IMG/VR virus record: IMGVR_UViG_3300045988_040260
Span: 1 to 55,119 of that record
Reading direction: 5' to 3' (one strand)
DNA length: 55,119 nucleotides
Origin: a virus
In this document: in pieces, positions 1 through 8,680 of the stretch
How positions within the stretch are numbered: position 1 is the stretch's first letter
Layout of the letters: each line of letters opens with the position of its first letter
Position numbers and translations under genes: made by a program
Notes under the pieces: generated by a model
The model's input: the letters and a program-made list of their open reading frames with translations, nothing else
The model's database searches: none
Told to the model about the DNA's origin: nothing

Positions 1-55
1 CCTAATTTCATTTTTGATTTTACCTATTCAAAAACCCATTGTTTTTGGGATTTTT
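1..55. repeat. Terminal direct repeat, left copy (identical to 55065..55119)
   Basis: cctaatttcatttttgattttacctattcaaaaacccattgtttttgggattttt occurs at both window ends. Confidence 0.95.
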
Positions 56-75
56 GCCTTTCTATTTTTGATTTA

Positions 76-96
76 TGTACCAATTCTGTACCAATT
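76..96 (+). promoter_or_regulatory. Two direct TGTACCAATT repeats, candidate integrase arm-type sites
   Basis: tgtaccaatt at 76-85 and 87-96, just upstream of int. The same heptamer recurs three times at 54901-54932. Confidence 0.45.
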
Positions 97-125
97 TAAT
101 TGGTTATACTATATTTTTGATTATT

Positions 126-1256
126 TTATATTACTTTGAGTGCTTCTGCTACTCTGTCCATTTCTAAGTTCTTTTGCTCGTCTGTCGTGTGAACGTAAAG
201 GTTCATCGTGATACCTATGTTCGAGTGTCCTAGTATCGTCTGCAAGGTTTTAGGTGTCATACCGGCTTCAATACATCTTGTTGCGAATGTGTGTCTTAAT
301 ACGTGCATTGAAAATCTCGGTATTTTTGCCCTGTCACACGCTTTGTAAATTCCGGTATCATATGTGCTGTTTTTCACAGGTGCCCCGGTCTTGCACAAAA
401 ACACTCTGTCTCTCCATTGAATGTCAATAAATTTGAATGAAGCATTTTTGGCTTTCTGCAATTTCAATAGTGATACAGCTTCATCAGTGAGTGGAATTGT
501 CCTATATCCCGATTTGCTCTTGGGCGGTCCCTCTCGCCATTCGCCTGTTGAATGCCTGTACTCTAAACTCCTGACGATTTTGATTGTTTTGGCTTTAAAG
601 TCTACATCTTCCCATTTAAGCCCCACAAGCTCGCCTGTCCTTAGTCCGGTCTGCAATGCAAATCTGTATTGATACTCATATGATGTGCCTTTGATAGCTT
701 CACAGAATTTTTTCTGATTTTCAATCGTCAATGCTTCTTTCTTTGAGGATTCCTTACCGATGTCGGATTTCACCATGCGGTTGCACGGATTTTTGGGGAT
801 AATCTCGCTTTGATATGCATAGTCAAGCATGTTGTATAGCGCTATGCGTGTCTGGTATATCGTTGCCGTCCTGTAATCCTCGTCAGCCATATTAGTCATT
901 ATCTTTTGACAGTGAAGTGTATTAACCTCTCGCAGTATCTTGTTTCCGATAACAGGCTTTATGTTGCGTTTGTATCTCTCGGTGTAGTTCCTTAACGTGT
1001 TCGGTCTTACTGTACGCTTCTTAACACTTATCCAGTAGTCAAACCATGCATCAACCAACATGTCAGACGGAAAGTCAGGGTTGCTATGCTCATCAGTGTA
1101 CTGCTCATCAGCAAGCCACTTTTTACACTCTTGCAGTTTTGCAAATAATTTCTGCACTCGCTTTCCGTTCCTTGTCGTGTATCTGCCAACATAGTACTTG
1201 TCTTTTCTCTGACTAATGCCTCTGCCTAGTTCTTTGCCTTTCAAGTCCTTTCCCAT
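126..1256 (-). CDS. int: Tyrosine integrase (site-specific recombinase)
   Basis: 376-aa ORF. C-terminal catalytic signatures are LRTGELVGLKWEDV, HVLRHTFATR and LGHSNIGITMNLYVH. Lies next to the att-like repeats. Confidence 0.93.
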   Translation of the reverse strand: MGKDLKGKELGRGISQRKDKYYVGRYTTRNGKRVQKLFAKLQECKKWLADEQYTDEHSNPDFPSDMLVDAWFDYWISVKKRTVRPNTLRNYTERYKRNIKPVIGNKILREVNTLHCQKIMTNMADEDYRTATIYQTRIALYNMLDYAYQSEIIPKNPCNRMVKSDIGKESSKKEALTIENQKKFCEAIKGTSYEYQYRFALQTGLRTGELVGLKWEDVDFKAKTIKIVRSLEYRHSTGEWREGPPKSKSGYRTIPLTDEAVSLLKLQKAKNASFKFIDIQWRDRVFLCKTGAPVKNSTYDTGIYKACDRAKIPRFSMHVLRHTFATRCIEAGMTPKTLQTILGHSNIGITMNLYVHTTDEQKNLEMDRVAEALKVI

Positions 1257-1342
1257 ATTAAATTTTCGCTCCTTTCACTTATGGAAAAAGCCTTATGCAA
1301 TTTATTATAATATCACATAAGGCTACATAAGTCCACATTTGA

Positions 1343-1741
1343 TTATATTTCTATCGTCTCTGCGATATACTTTTCAAACTCTTTCCGCTTGATTAATCGT
1401 CTCTTTCCGACATACATAACAAATTGGCACCTTGGGTTGTTTGTTATTTCCCGGAGCTTGTTCACTCCAATGTTACTATATTCCGCAGCCTCATCAATCG
1501 TCAGCGTTACTTTTTCCCATATTGGTACTTTATTAATCATCATCCGACTCCTTTCTATCTTTTCTTTAATGTCTGCCACTCTCCGGGAAGTGGTTGTTTT
1601 TGAAATTAATAATCTCTGCGATACCTCTTCAAGGCTTTTGTCAGCAACTAGCAACTTAAAAACTTCCGCTTCCTCATCGGTGAAATTGGCATTTTTCAAA
1701 ATCTCTTCAAGTTCCGGTCTAGTCAGCTTTGAAAACTTCAT
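1343..1741 (-). CDS. Excisionase/HTH DNA-binding protein
   Basis: 132 aa from the ATG at 1741, with AGGAG 9 nt upstream (the ORF is open to 1804). N-half has a sigma-70 region-4-like HTH (SLEEVSQRLLISKTTTSRRV). C-half has an excisionase/MerR-type HTH (LTIDEAAEYSNIGVNKLREI). Directly upstream of int. Confidence 0.6.
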   Translation of the reverse strand: MKFSKLTRPELEEILKNANFTDEEAEVFKLLVADKSLEEVSQRLLISKTTTSRRVADIKEKIERSRMMINKVPIWEKVTLTIDEAAEYSNIGVNKLREITNNPRCQFVMYVGKRRLIKRKEFEKYIAETIEI

Positions 1742-1876
1742 AGACCTATCTCCTATTCTTCGGTTTTGTTTGCACTGTGTATACAAGTATTTGAGTATCG
1801 ACATGAACTGTTACACGGCTTGTTGTCCTCGTATACGCATTGTCTTTCAATTAGCTCTATATCACTTATAGTTCTG

Positions 1877-2413
1877 CTATTCATCTGCTCTCCCATCTCC
1901 TTGCTTGATATTCAAATTCTTAAACATAGCACACATAACATCACTTGTTACAGTTGTTAGAAATTCTGCCAACTCTTCATCCGACATATTCCTTATCCTG
2001 TCGGCATTAGTCTGTTTATCACTTTCCACAATTTCAAAATATGTATCAATGTAACCTAATACAGTTTTTAAATCGTAAGAACTATATCCGATAGAATAAT
2101 CCTTTTTACCAACCTGTCTGTACTTCAATTCATAATAAGGCTTATCGTCTAACATTCGTGCGATTATTTCTAAGCTATCGACCTTAGCTTTATTCATATT
2201 TGCCGTTCTGCTATCACATCTACAACAAGGCTCATTATCTCTTGAATCGCTGTTATGCTGGCAGTTACAAGAGGCAGAATTAACTAACCCCAAAATTTCA
2301 TCGCAAAGGTCAAATATCTTTTCAGAAGCCTCAATATCTTCACAACCGCCAATCGCTATTTCTTTGATTGCTTGTAATTTATCTCCTATTGCTAAACTAT
2401 TCATTTTCTCCAC
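1877..2413 (-). CDS. Hypothetical protein (Cys-rich central segment)
   Basis: 178-aa ORF in the minus operon, overlapping its upstream neighbour by 17 nt. Confidence 0.65.
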   Translation of the reverse strand: MEKMNSLAIGDKLQAIKEIAIGGCEDIEASEKIFDLCDEILGLVNSASCNCQHNSDSRDNEPCCRCDSRTANMNKAKVDSLEIIARMLDDKPYYELKYRQVGKKDYSIGYSSYDLKTVLGYIDTYFEIVESDKQTNADRIRNMSDEELAEFLTTVTSDVMCAMFKNLNIKQGDGRADE

Positions 2414-2660
2414 CTCTCAATTCTTTTAAACATTTCTTATGCTCCTGTCTAAACTTCTTAGAATACTTAGTTAGAATTTCGTTGATAGCTATTTCATTGA
2501 TTTGCGACTGTCCTATTGGGTCAACAACATACCAATTTTCTGGTAACAAATATTGAATAATAAAATGACGAAACTCTGCATCGCTCATTCCAACACCATA
2601 GATATTTTCTTTATCTTTTCTTACTAAATATTTCTCTTTGAAAAACTCGGTAATTGTCAT
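2397..2660 (-). CDS. Hypothetical protein
   Basis: 87-aa ORF whose ends overlap both neighbours, suggesting translational coupling. Confidence 0.6.
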   Translation of the reverse strand: MTITEFFKEKYLVRKDKENIYGVGMSDAEFRHFIIQYLLPENWYVVDPIGQSQINEIAINEILTKYSKKFRQEHKKCLKELRGGENE

Positions 2661-3160
2661 TCTTCACCTCTCAATTCTTCCAATTTTGCTTCTGCTTCGG
2701 ATTTTGTGAGGAATACGGTTTTGCCAATAGATGATAACGGATATGTAAAATACTTTTCTACTTCAAAATATGCACAATCAGGACCACAATCAGGGTCGAC
2801 CCATTCATGTAACCATTTAGCCTTTACTTTCAACTTGAAGTAATTGCCGTTGCCGTTCTGTCTAAATGAAACAACCTTTGCTTCAAAGAATAACGGAATT
2901 TCCTTAACTTCTTCAAATTCCATATTTTTGGTGGGGATAGTTTCACTGTCTACATACACTATATCTCCCACCTTGCAAGGCAACTTAACAAGTTTGTCCT
3001 GTTCCTCTAAATCCTCATAATCAGCAAGTTTTTTAATCATATCTTCAACAATTCCGCAATCGCAGTCCTCGCTAATGCATCCAATGCAATATGTACTATA
3101 TGGAACTATTCTTCCTGTGCGAGAAATTTCTCCATAGTTTCTATTCGTTAATCTCTCCAT
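2657..3160 (-). CDS. Hypothetical protein
   Basis: 167-aa ORF with a 4-nt overlap to the upstream gene. Confidence 0.65.
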   Translation of the reverse strand: MERLTNRNYGEISRTGRIVPYSTYCIGCISEDCDCGIVEDMIKKLADYEDLEEQDKLVKLPCKVGDIVYVDSETIPTKNMEFEEVKEIPLFFEAKVVSFRQNGNGNYFKLKVKAKWLHEWVDPDCGPDCAYFEVEKYFTYPLSSIGKTVFLTKSEAEAKLEELRGEE

Positions 3161-3552
3161 TACTGCTCCTTATCCGGAAGTTTGGCTAGTTTCCACGGTG
3201 TACACCAATCGCTACTCCACGATGTTGCTCCGTTGCTCCAAGCATAAACGCTCCCATTCTCATATTTTGCAAAATACCTTTTAACCCATCTGTGGTCGTT
3301 GCTATCGTTTACCAGTATCGGTGTATCAACTGCAACTTTTGGCCAGTCAACAGGTGGTTCAACATATTCACTATTCGCCCATTTGTCTGCTTCATTTCCG
3401 CAATAGTCAGAACCATGGGTATTGAATAAACAATCTCCACACGCTAATTTACGGCACGCTGTCGGTTCTAATGTTGCTTTGTTAACTGCTAATCTGTTAC
3501 CATTACAAGCAATATCCAAAATCTGTTCTGCAAATTTCTCTCTATTTGTCAT
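3160..3552 (-). CDS. Hypothetical protein
   Basis: 130-aa ORF. TAATG-type junction with the next gene. Confidence 0.65.
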   Translation of the reverse strand: MTNREKFAEQILDIACNGNRLAVNKATLEPTACRKLACGDCLFNTHGSDYCGNEADKWANSEYVEPPVDWPKVAVDTPILVNDSNDHRWVKRYFAKYENGSVYAWSNGATSWSSDWCTPWKLAKLPDKEQ

Positions 3553-3710
3553 TTATTATTTTGTACTCCTTTCCCATAATCCGGCATATGCTTAAATCTC
3601 TCATATGCCTTATTGTTTCTATGCGTTTCCATGTAGGTTTTCTGCCTACTATCGTTTGAATGCTTTATATGAGCATTCTGTGTACTATCATTTTCCCACA
3701 CATAACTCAT
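3549..3710 (-). CDS. Small hypothetical protein (53 aa, below the ORF-track cutoff)
   Basis: The ATG at 3710 overlaps the upstream stop (TAATG) and the stop overlaps the downstream ATG (ATGA). It fills an otherwise empty 157-nt gap. Confidence 0.5.
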   Translation of the reverse strand: MSYVWENDSTQNAHIKHSNDSRQKTYMETHRNNKAYERFKHMPDYGKGVQNNK

Positions 3711-4321
3711 TAATCAATCACCTTTATGTACCTTTCATCAACGTAATTAACTTCATCAGCAAGGCATTGTGCCACCTTTGGTAATGTCAGACCGAATTGA
3801 TTAAATTTATACAGTGTGTCGATTAAGTCCCTAAATTCTGCGATAAACTCTTCAATTTCTCTAACCGACAATTTAAACATCAGCTTAAGTGCCGTACATG
3901 CTAAAACCATGTAGCTGTATGCCGTATCATTTAAAAGCTGTCGTGTATCGTTTATCGTAAGTGGATTATTCCTTTGGTAAATCCTAATCAACTGCTGCAT
4001 TGGGATTAAATTAATCTCTTTCTGCACATCAATGCCGTATCTGACTTTCAAAAGTTCGGCAAGCGTTTCGGTTTTCATTTCTTTTTCATCCTGTGCCCTT
4101 TCAAGGTACTCATTTATGGTTCGTTCAAGCCTTACAATACGCTTATTGCCAAATCCATGATGTAAATACAGTACATAGTAGCCCAAGTCCATAAAGTCTG
4201 TGAAAGACCGCCTTACGAGCTTTCTGCGGTTATTACTGCTTTTCAGCGTAACTCTCTCTGATTTTGTCCATGTAAAATCCGGCTCTTTGTGCTTTTTCTT
4301 TGGTTTCAGTTTGTTGCTCAT
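3710..4321 (-). CDS. Hypothetical protein
   Basis: 203-aa ORF with no recognised motif. Confidence 0.65.
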   Translation of the reverse strand: MSNKLKPKKKHKEPDFTWTKSERVTLKSSNNRRKLVRRSFTDFMDLGYYVLYLHHGFGNKRIVRLERTINEYLERAQDEKEMKTETLAELLKVRYGIDVQKEINLIPMQQLIRIYQRNNPLTINDTRQLLNDTAYSYMVLACTALKLMFKLSVREIEEFIAEFRDLIDTLYKFNQFGLTLPKVAQCLADEVNYVDERYIKVID

Positions 4322-4523
4322 ATTTCTTCATTCTTTCTTCAAGTTCTCGTTTCGTTCTGCTAAAACAGGCTTCTGTAGTTTCTTCTGTAACTTTTACAAT
4401 CTCTTTACCGCGCTGTCGGATAGTTATTTTTGTTTCTTTGCTATTGGTTTTATAAAACATTCGCAAGTCATATTTCCTTTGCAGTGGTCGGTAAAACTCG
4501 TAAAAATCTTTCAAGGTGTCCAT
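4233..4523 (-). CDS. Hypothetical protein
   Basis: 96-aa ORF. Its 89-nt overlap with 3710..4321 makes one of the two start/stop assignments uncertain. Confidence 0.45.
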   Translation of the reverse strand: MDTLKDFYEFYRPLQRKYDLRMFYKTNSKETKITIRQRGKEIVKVTEETTEACFSRTKRELEERMKKYEQQTETKEKAQRAGFYMDKIRESYAEKQ

Positions 4524-5122
4524 TGTGGACTCCTTTCTTTTATCTTCTGTCGTGCCAAGTTTGCCTTTTCACAAGTTGCATTCTTAACGTTCTGCTGATA
4601 GTGTTTTTCACAGACCTTATATCCGGGCTTTACCGGATTATCACAGAAAAAACATAGTCCTTGTTCATACCTGCCAGTTCTTTCAGGCATTTTAACTCGT
4701 GCTCTTCTCATTGTTTCTCTGCAAAATGTGCAAGTGGTATGTCCTGGGTCTGCTTTCCTTTTACGGCAGCGTGTGCATATGCCATTCTCCTTATCTTTTT
4801 CGTATCGTGCTTTTCGCCATGCTTTTTGTCGCTCATTGTATTTTTCAACATCAGCAGAACGTATCTTTGACATGGTTTCTGCTGATTTCGCCCTACACTC
4901 AACACAACTTTTTTCGTCACCATACAACAAGTTCTTGCCACATCTAGGGCAAACACCAACCGCCTGTAATTTTTTATAAAGCTCTCGTCCATATGCTGTC
5001 TGACTGTTTTTACATGCCGTACAAACCACACCTTCTCTGTCAAGCGGTTTCCCGCAATGCACACAAAGGTTACTGGCTTTCCGCTCCTCATATCTCCGTC
5101 TGGAATACTTATCTTTTATCAT
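4511..5122 (-). CDS. Protein with four tandem zinc-ribbon (CxxC..CxxC) units
   Basis: 203 aa. Units are CVHC..CTAC, CPRC..CVEC, CTRC..CTFC and CFFC..CEKH. No SD, and it is preceded by the conserved leader element at 5121-5177. Confidence 0.7.
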   Translation of the reverse strand: MIKDKYSRRRYEERKASNLCVHCGKPLDREGVVCTACKNSQTAYGRELYKKLQAVGVCPRCGKNLLYGDEKSCVECRAKSAETMSKIRSADVEKYNERQKAWRKARYEKDKENGICTRCRKRKADPGHTTCTFCRETMRRARVKMPERTGRYEQGLCFFCDNPVKPGYKVCEKHYQQNVKNATCEKANLARQKIKERSPQWTP

Positions 5123-5177
5123 TTTTCGCTAGGAGTAAAGCCAGCTTTAATTGTGCGCACAAACCTCTTTACCTCCT
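5121..5177 (-). promoter_or_regulatory. Conserved palindrome-bearing leader element, copy 1
   Basis: About 55 nt, near-identical to 8591-8644. Contains TGTGCGCACA and TAAAGCTGGCTTTA. Fills the gap immediately 5' of the ATG at 5122. Confidence 0.6.
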
Positions 5178-5841
5178 ATCTTTTCATCTGCTCGATACGT
5201 TCCTTAATTTCTTTTGGCATTGGAATACCTTTAATTGGCTTATTTTGGCTTTTATTATCTTCTAACGATAATTTTATCGCCTCACGATTTTTAGTGCCAA
5301 TTTGAGCCGAATACGAGGTCTTATTAACATTCTCAATCAATGTCCGCACGTCTGCCGGCATTTTCTTGATTTCATTCTCACGATTAACAACTGTCCTGTA
5401 GGTCCTCATAAAGTTCGACTGCACTACGTTTTCAATGCTCTTGCTGTCTGTCAGCGCCCAATTCCGCAAGTTATCTGGACTCCCGACAGCCTTTTGCACG
5501 AGTGGTGGTAACTTGTTAAATTCTTCAACTGCACCATAATAGCCATTTCGTATTGCCCTGCTAACAAGGAACCATGCTTCCATCTCGTTTAGTTCCTGTG
5601 GATTCTGAATGGTGTATATTGTATTTATCAACTGCCCTATGCTTGGTGCAAAACCACTTGTATCGGATGTTATGTAGGCTCTCAAACCCATTTGCACAAC
5701 GTTGTAATCCATATCCTTAAGCATCGTATACCACGTATCAACTGCCACTGTTTTATCCGGTGGTTTAAAATTCGGATATGCCGACTGGATAACCATTAAG
5801 AGTTTAATTGTTTCATCTCTTGTCATTAAGCATTTCTCCAT
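5176..5841 (-). CDS. Helicase loader/inhibitor-like protein (SPP1 G39P-like N-terminal domain)
   Basis: N-terminus IKLLMVIQSAYPNFKPP..VDTWYTMLKDMDYNVVQMGLRAYITSDTSGFAPSIGQL matches the remembered G39P pattern. Lies downstream of the replisome organizer. Confidence 0.6.
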   Translation of the reverse strand: MEKCLMTRDETIKLLMVIQSAYPNFKPPDKTVAVDTWYTMLKDMDYNVVQMGLRAYITSDTSGFAPSIGQLINTIYTIQNPQELNEMEAWFLVSRAIRNGYYGAVEEFNKLPPLVQKAVGSPDNLRNWALTDSKSIENVVQSNFMRTYRTVVNRENEIKKMPADVRTLIENVNKTSYSAQIGTKNREAIKLSLEDNKSQNKPIKGIPMPKEIKERIEQMKR

Positions 5842-6515
5842 TCATCAAACACATTTTCTTTATTTTCCTGTTTTCGACTTCTTTCCCAAGTCCGGACTGC
5901 TGCTTTCCAGTCTTTCATTTTGTTTTTGCCAATCATCCAGCCTTTGGATTCATAAAAATCAATAAATGATTGAGCATCAATGTTATTGTTTCTCTCAATG
6001 CAGTACTGCTCGACTTCTTCAACACTTGGGGGAATAAAGCGTCTTGCTTTTTCCCCTCTCACACTCTCCCCTTTACTATCCTTAACTATACTATCCTCTC
6101 CTAACCTAACCTTACCTATACTATCCTTACCTACGGATACATCTTGTATACACTTTGTATACATCTTGCTTTCATCAAGGGTGTATGCTTTATTTTTCTT
6201 AATTCCAAGCATGGATTTTTCGTCTACATAATCAGTAGGTCTGTATCTGTCGGACTGTATGTAATTGTGCATTTTCCAGTGCTTAATAACGATAATTCCG
6301 CTTTCAAATAAGATTACAAACGATTTTGCAATCAACAGTTTAAAATCATCATCACTAGCACCGCACATACGCTGAATTTTCTTAGGATTATTAACAAATC
6401 CGTCATCGTCAGCATTCATGGATAGGTGAAAGTAAAGCATTTGAGTACTGCTTGGCATATCGAGAAAAGCGTCACTTTCAGTTATTTTCTTAGCAAACAT
6501 TCTACGTTCTGCCAT
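5826..6515 (-). CDS. Phage replisome organizer (N-terminal organizer domain plus DnaD-like C-terminus)
   Basis: N-terminus: MFAKKITESDAFLDMPSSTQMLYFHLSMNADDDGFV. C-terminus: FIDFYESKGWMIGKNKMKDWKAAVRTWE. Internal iterons lie in the linker-coding part. Confidence 0.75.
   Translation of the reverse strand: MAERRMFAKKITESDAFLDMPSSTQMLYFHLSMNADDDGFVNNPKKIQRMCGASDDDFKLLIAKSFVILFESGIIVIKHWKMHNYIQSDRYRPTDYVDEKSMLGIKKNKAYTLDESKMYTKCIQDVSVGKDSIGKVRLGEDSIVKDSKGESVRGEKARRFIPPSVEEVEQYCIERNNNIDAQSFIDFYESKGWMIGKNKMKDWKAAVRTWERSRKQENKENVFDEWRNA
6095..6166. repeat. Iteron cluster inside the replisome organizer gene (candidate origin)
   Basis: ccttacctatacta, then GGATACA, TGTATACA and TGTATACA (6135-6164). 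The same block recurs at 47783-47853. Confidence 0.6.
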
Positions 6516-6557
6516 TTAATTAATCTCCTATTTTCTTCAAGTTTCGATTGATGTATT

Positions 6558-6782
6558 TTAATCTTTTCCCTCGTGGTTTATATTGTTATACCTTTTTCTC
6601 AACGTGTTCTGCACCTTATTCATTCCCTTAATGCCACCAACAATAAAAGCTATCCCTGCTCTATTTTCCGTTGCCTTTGTTTCTGCCTCCATGTCGTGCA
6701 GTCCGTATTCAACCTGAATAATTTCATTTGCAGTAATTCTTTTCAGAATTTCTTCACATTTCTTTTTACTCAAAATCTTCAT
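6558..6782 (-). CDS. Hypothetical protein
   Basis: 74-aa ORF with a 4-nt overlap to the upstream gene. Confidence 0.55.
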   Translation of the reverse strand: MKILSKKKCEEILKRITANEIIQVEYGLHDMEAETKATENRAGIAFIVGGIKGMNKVQNTLRKRYNNINHEGKD

Positions 6783-7378
6783 TCTGAATCACCTACTTTC
6801 AATAAATCCATAAACTTCTCATACTGTTTCTGCGATACCTTGTTATGCTCTTTTTCGGGCTTTAAGCAGATTATAAGATGTTTTTCTGCGATAGAGGATA
6901 ATTCCCTTGCTAACACCTTTTTGCCTTGCTGTATGCCTTGCATATAGCCTTTAGGTGCTTTTCTTTCTCCTATTGAACCACTAGCACGATTTTCTCCTTG
7001 ACCGCCTAAACTGACATTCCTAAGCTGATAACCTTTATCGGCATATAGCTTGATGTAATACTTCTCTTTTTCGTCAAGCTGGCTTTCGGGGAAATTCAGA
7101 AATTCAACTCGCCAACCATAAGGATTTTTCTCTTTGTCGTACAGCTTGTGTTTGCGTAAACTAAGGTCTATGTGCTGTTCATAGCCTACAAGGTGGCTTG
7201 CCAATCTGCTAAGTGTATGTACCGCCTGTCCGATATACGCATACTTAAATCCGTTTTCATCTTCTCGGAGTAAGAAATATATTCCGCTTTTGTCATTCAG
7301 CTTTGGGTTCAGCTTCAACAGTCGCTTTTTGTTTTCCTGTTCTATTGCCTTGGCTCTTGCTATGTTTTGATAACTCAA
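6779..7378 (-). CDS. GIY-YIG domain nuclease-like protein
   Basis: GIYFLLREDENGFKYAYIGQA .. YYIKLYADKGYQLRN resembles a GIY-YIG core. Confidence 0.6.
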   Translation of the reverse strand: MSYQNIARAKAIEQENKKRLLKLNPKLNDKSGIYFLLREDENGFKYAYIGQAVHTLSRLASHLVGYEQHIDLSLRKHKLYDKEKNPYGWRVEFLNFPESQLDEKEKYYIKLYADKGYQLRNVSLGGQGENRASGSIGERKAPKGYMQGIQQGKKVLARELSSIAEKHLIICLKPEKEHNKVSQKQYEKFMDLLKVGDSE

Positions 7379-7626
7379 GTGTTACCACCTGCCTTTACTA
7401 TCTCGATTGCCTTGTCAATTTCAATCGCTGCTCTTTCCCCCATCATACTTCCATCCTCTCTGTAGTTCGGATTCTTTTCTTTCTCTAACCGTTCCACAAC
7501 CTTATCCACATCATAAGCGGTCGGTTGTTCATCAATGATAGTTTCAAATATTTCAGATAAAGCCTTACTGATATAATTTCTTTTGTGAATATCCTCAATT
7601 AGTTTATCTGCGTCTACCAATCTCAT
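7375..7626 (-). CDS. Hypothetical protein
   Basis: 83-aa ORF with a 4-nt overlap to its neighbour. Confidence 0.55.
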   Translation of the reverse strand: MRLVDADKLIEDIHKRNYISKALSEIFETIIDEQPTAYDVDKVVERLEKEKNPNYREDGSMMGERAAIEIDKAIEIVKAGGNT

Positions 7627-7646
7627 TCTTCATCACTCCTATTCCT

Positions 7647-7805
7647 TTACAAAATAAAATGTAATGCACAAAATAAAACATCTAAAAATCCAAATAAGAT
7701 TGACAATGCAAGCCGTACAATGTCTTTCTTGATATTAAACTTGTCGCATTTTAACGCAAAAATCCAACTTAAAGCCGCAAATACAAACGCTAGTAATAAA
7801 AACAC
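7647..7805 (-). CDS. Small membrane protein (52 aa, GTG start)
   Basis: VFLLLAFVFAALSWIFAL..LALSILFGFLDVLFCALHFIL has two hydrophobic segments. AAAGGA lies 8 nt upstream. Confidence 0.4.
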   Translation of the reverse strand: MFLLLAFVFAALSWIFALKCDKFNIKKDIVRLALSILFGFLDVLFCALHFIL

Positions 7806-7821
7806 GGTATCATTCCTTTCT

Positions 7822-8592
7822 TTATATGAAATCGGTTATGCTCATCTGGTTATCTTTCTCAAACACAAGCATTTCTTTCTTTGCAATTTCAAAATAATGT
7901 GGGTCTAATTCAATTCCGATAAATTTTCTATCTGCTTTTATACAAGCAATTCCTGTGCTTCCTATCCCCATAAAAGGGTCTAAAACAACTTGCCCTTTAT
8001 CCGAAGAATTTTCAATCAATATTTTCATTAGTTCAACAGGTTTTTCTGTGTCATGTAGATTATTCCCACTTGTATCCTTTTTCTTTTTATTTGGGATAGA
8101 CAATATATCACTTGTTCCGCAGTTGTTTATTTTTACTCCTTTCCCTTTTCGGAAAAACAAAATGTATTCAAATTGTGACATATAATATTGGCCCATTATT
8201 TTGTTTCCCTTATCCCATATCAACGATTTAATAAAATGGAATCCATAAGTTTTAAGCCCTTGCTCTTTTTCCTTATCGGTTCTTAAATCAGTAAAAGCGT
8301 TTAGCATGTGTATAAGATTGACATGATTAGTCATAACATAACAATGGCTACCATCTTTAAGTATTCTGTAAAACTCTGATGCATATTCCGAGCAGTCAAT
8401 GTTATTGTGCGTAAATACTATTCCTTTTTTATTTATTTCCTTTTGCAACATTCCACCACTGTTTCCAGCACTTCCTCTCGATGTTGTTGGATATGGTGGG
8501 TCTGTCGCTATTAAGTCAATGCTTTCGTTTGGAATCTTCTTAATAATGTTTAAGCAATCATCATTGAAAATATTTACATTCCTCTGTTCCAT
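7822..8592 (-). CDS. DNA methyltransferase (DPPY motif, beta-class order; N6-adenine or N4-cytosine)
   Basis: DLIATDPPYP (motif IV) comes before VLDPFMGIGSTGIA (motif I). No adjacent restriction gene. Preceded by the leader element at 8591-8644. Confidence 0.85.
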   Translation of the reverse strand: MEQRNVNIFNDDCLNIIKKIPNESIDLIATDPPYPTTSRGSAGNSGGMLQKEINKKGIVFTHNNIDCSEYASEFYRILKDGSHCYVMTNHVNLIHMLNAFTDLRTDKEKEQGLKTYGFHFIKSLIWDKGNKIMGQYYMSQFEYILFFRKGKGVKINNCGTSDILSIPNKKKKDTSGNNLHDTEKPVELMKILIENSSDKGQVVLDPFMGIGSTGIACIKADRKFIGIELDPHYFEIAKKEMLVFEKDNQMSITDFI

Positions 8593-8644
8593 TTTTCAAT
8601 CGGAGTAAAACCAGTTTTAATGTGCGCACAAACCTCTTACTCCT
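8591..8644 (-). promoter_or_regulatory. Conserved palindrome-bearing leader element, copy 2
   Basis: Near-identical to 5121-5177. Has TGTGCGCACA plus TAAAACTGGTTTTA, a compensated variant of TAAAGCTGGCTTTA. Confidence 0.6.
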
Positions 8645-8680
8645 TTCATAATATTTAATTGTTTTGTTATCTTTAGTGAA

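Noticed and set aside
1-55. The 55-nt end repeat as a genuine physical direct terminal repeat of the virion DNA.
   Set aside because: A 55-nt DTR is very short for a pac- or cos-type siphovirus. The repeat abuts integrase and arm-site-like repeats, and its length equals a common assembler k-mer. An att core or an assembly overlap is more likely. This cannot be settled from sequence alone.
4661-5305. Several nested ORFs in both strands within and around 4511..5122, for example 4708..5091 (-), 4728..4979 (+) and 5057..5305 (+).
   Set aside because: The frame with four regular CxxC..CxxC zinc-ribbon units is clearly the coding one. The others are alternative-frame or antisense artefacts.
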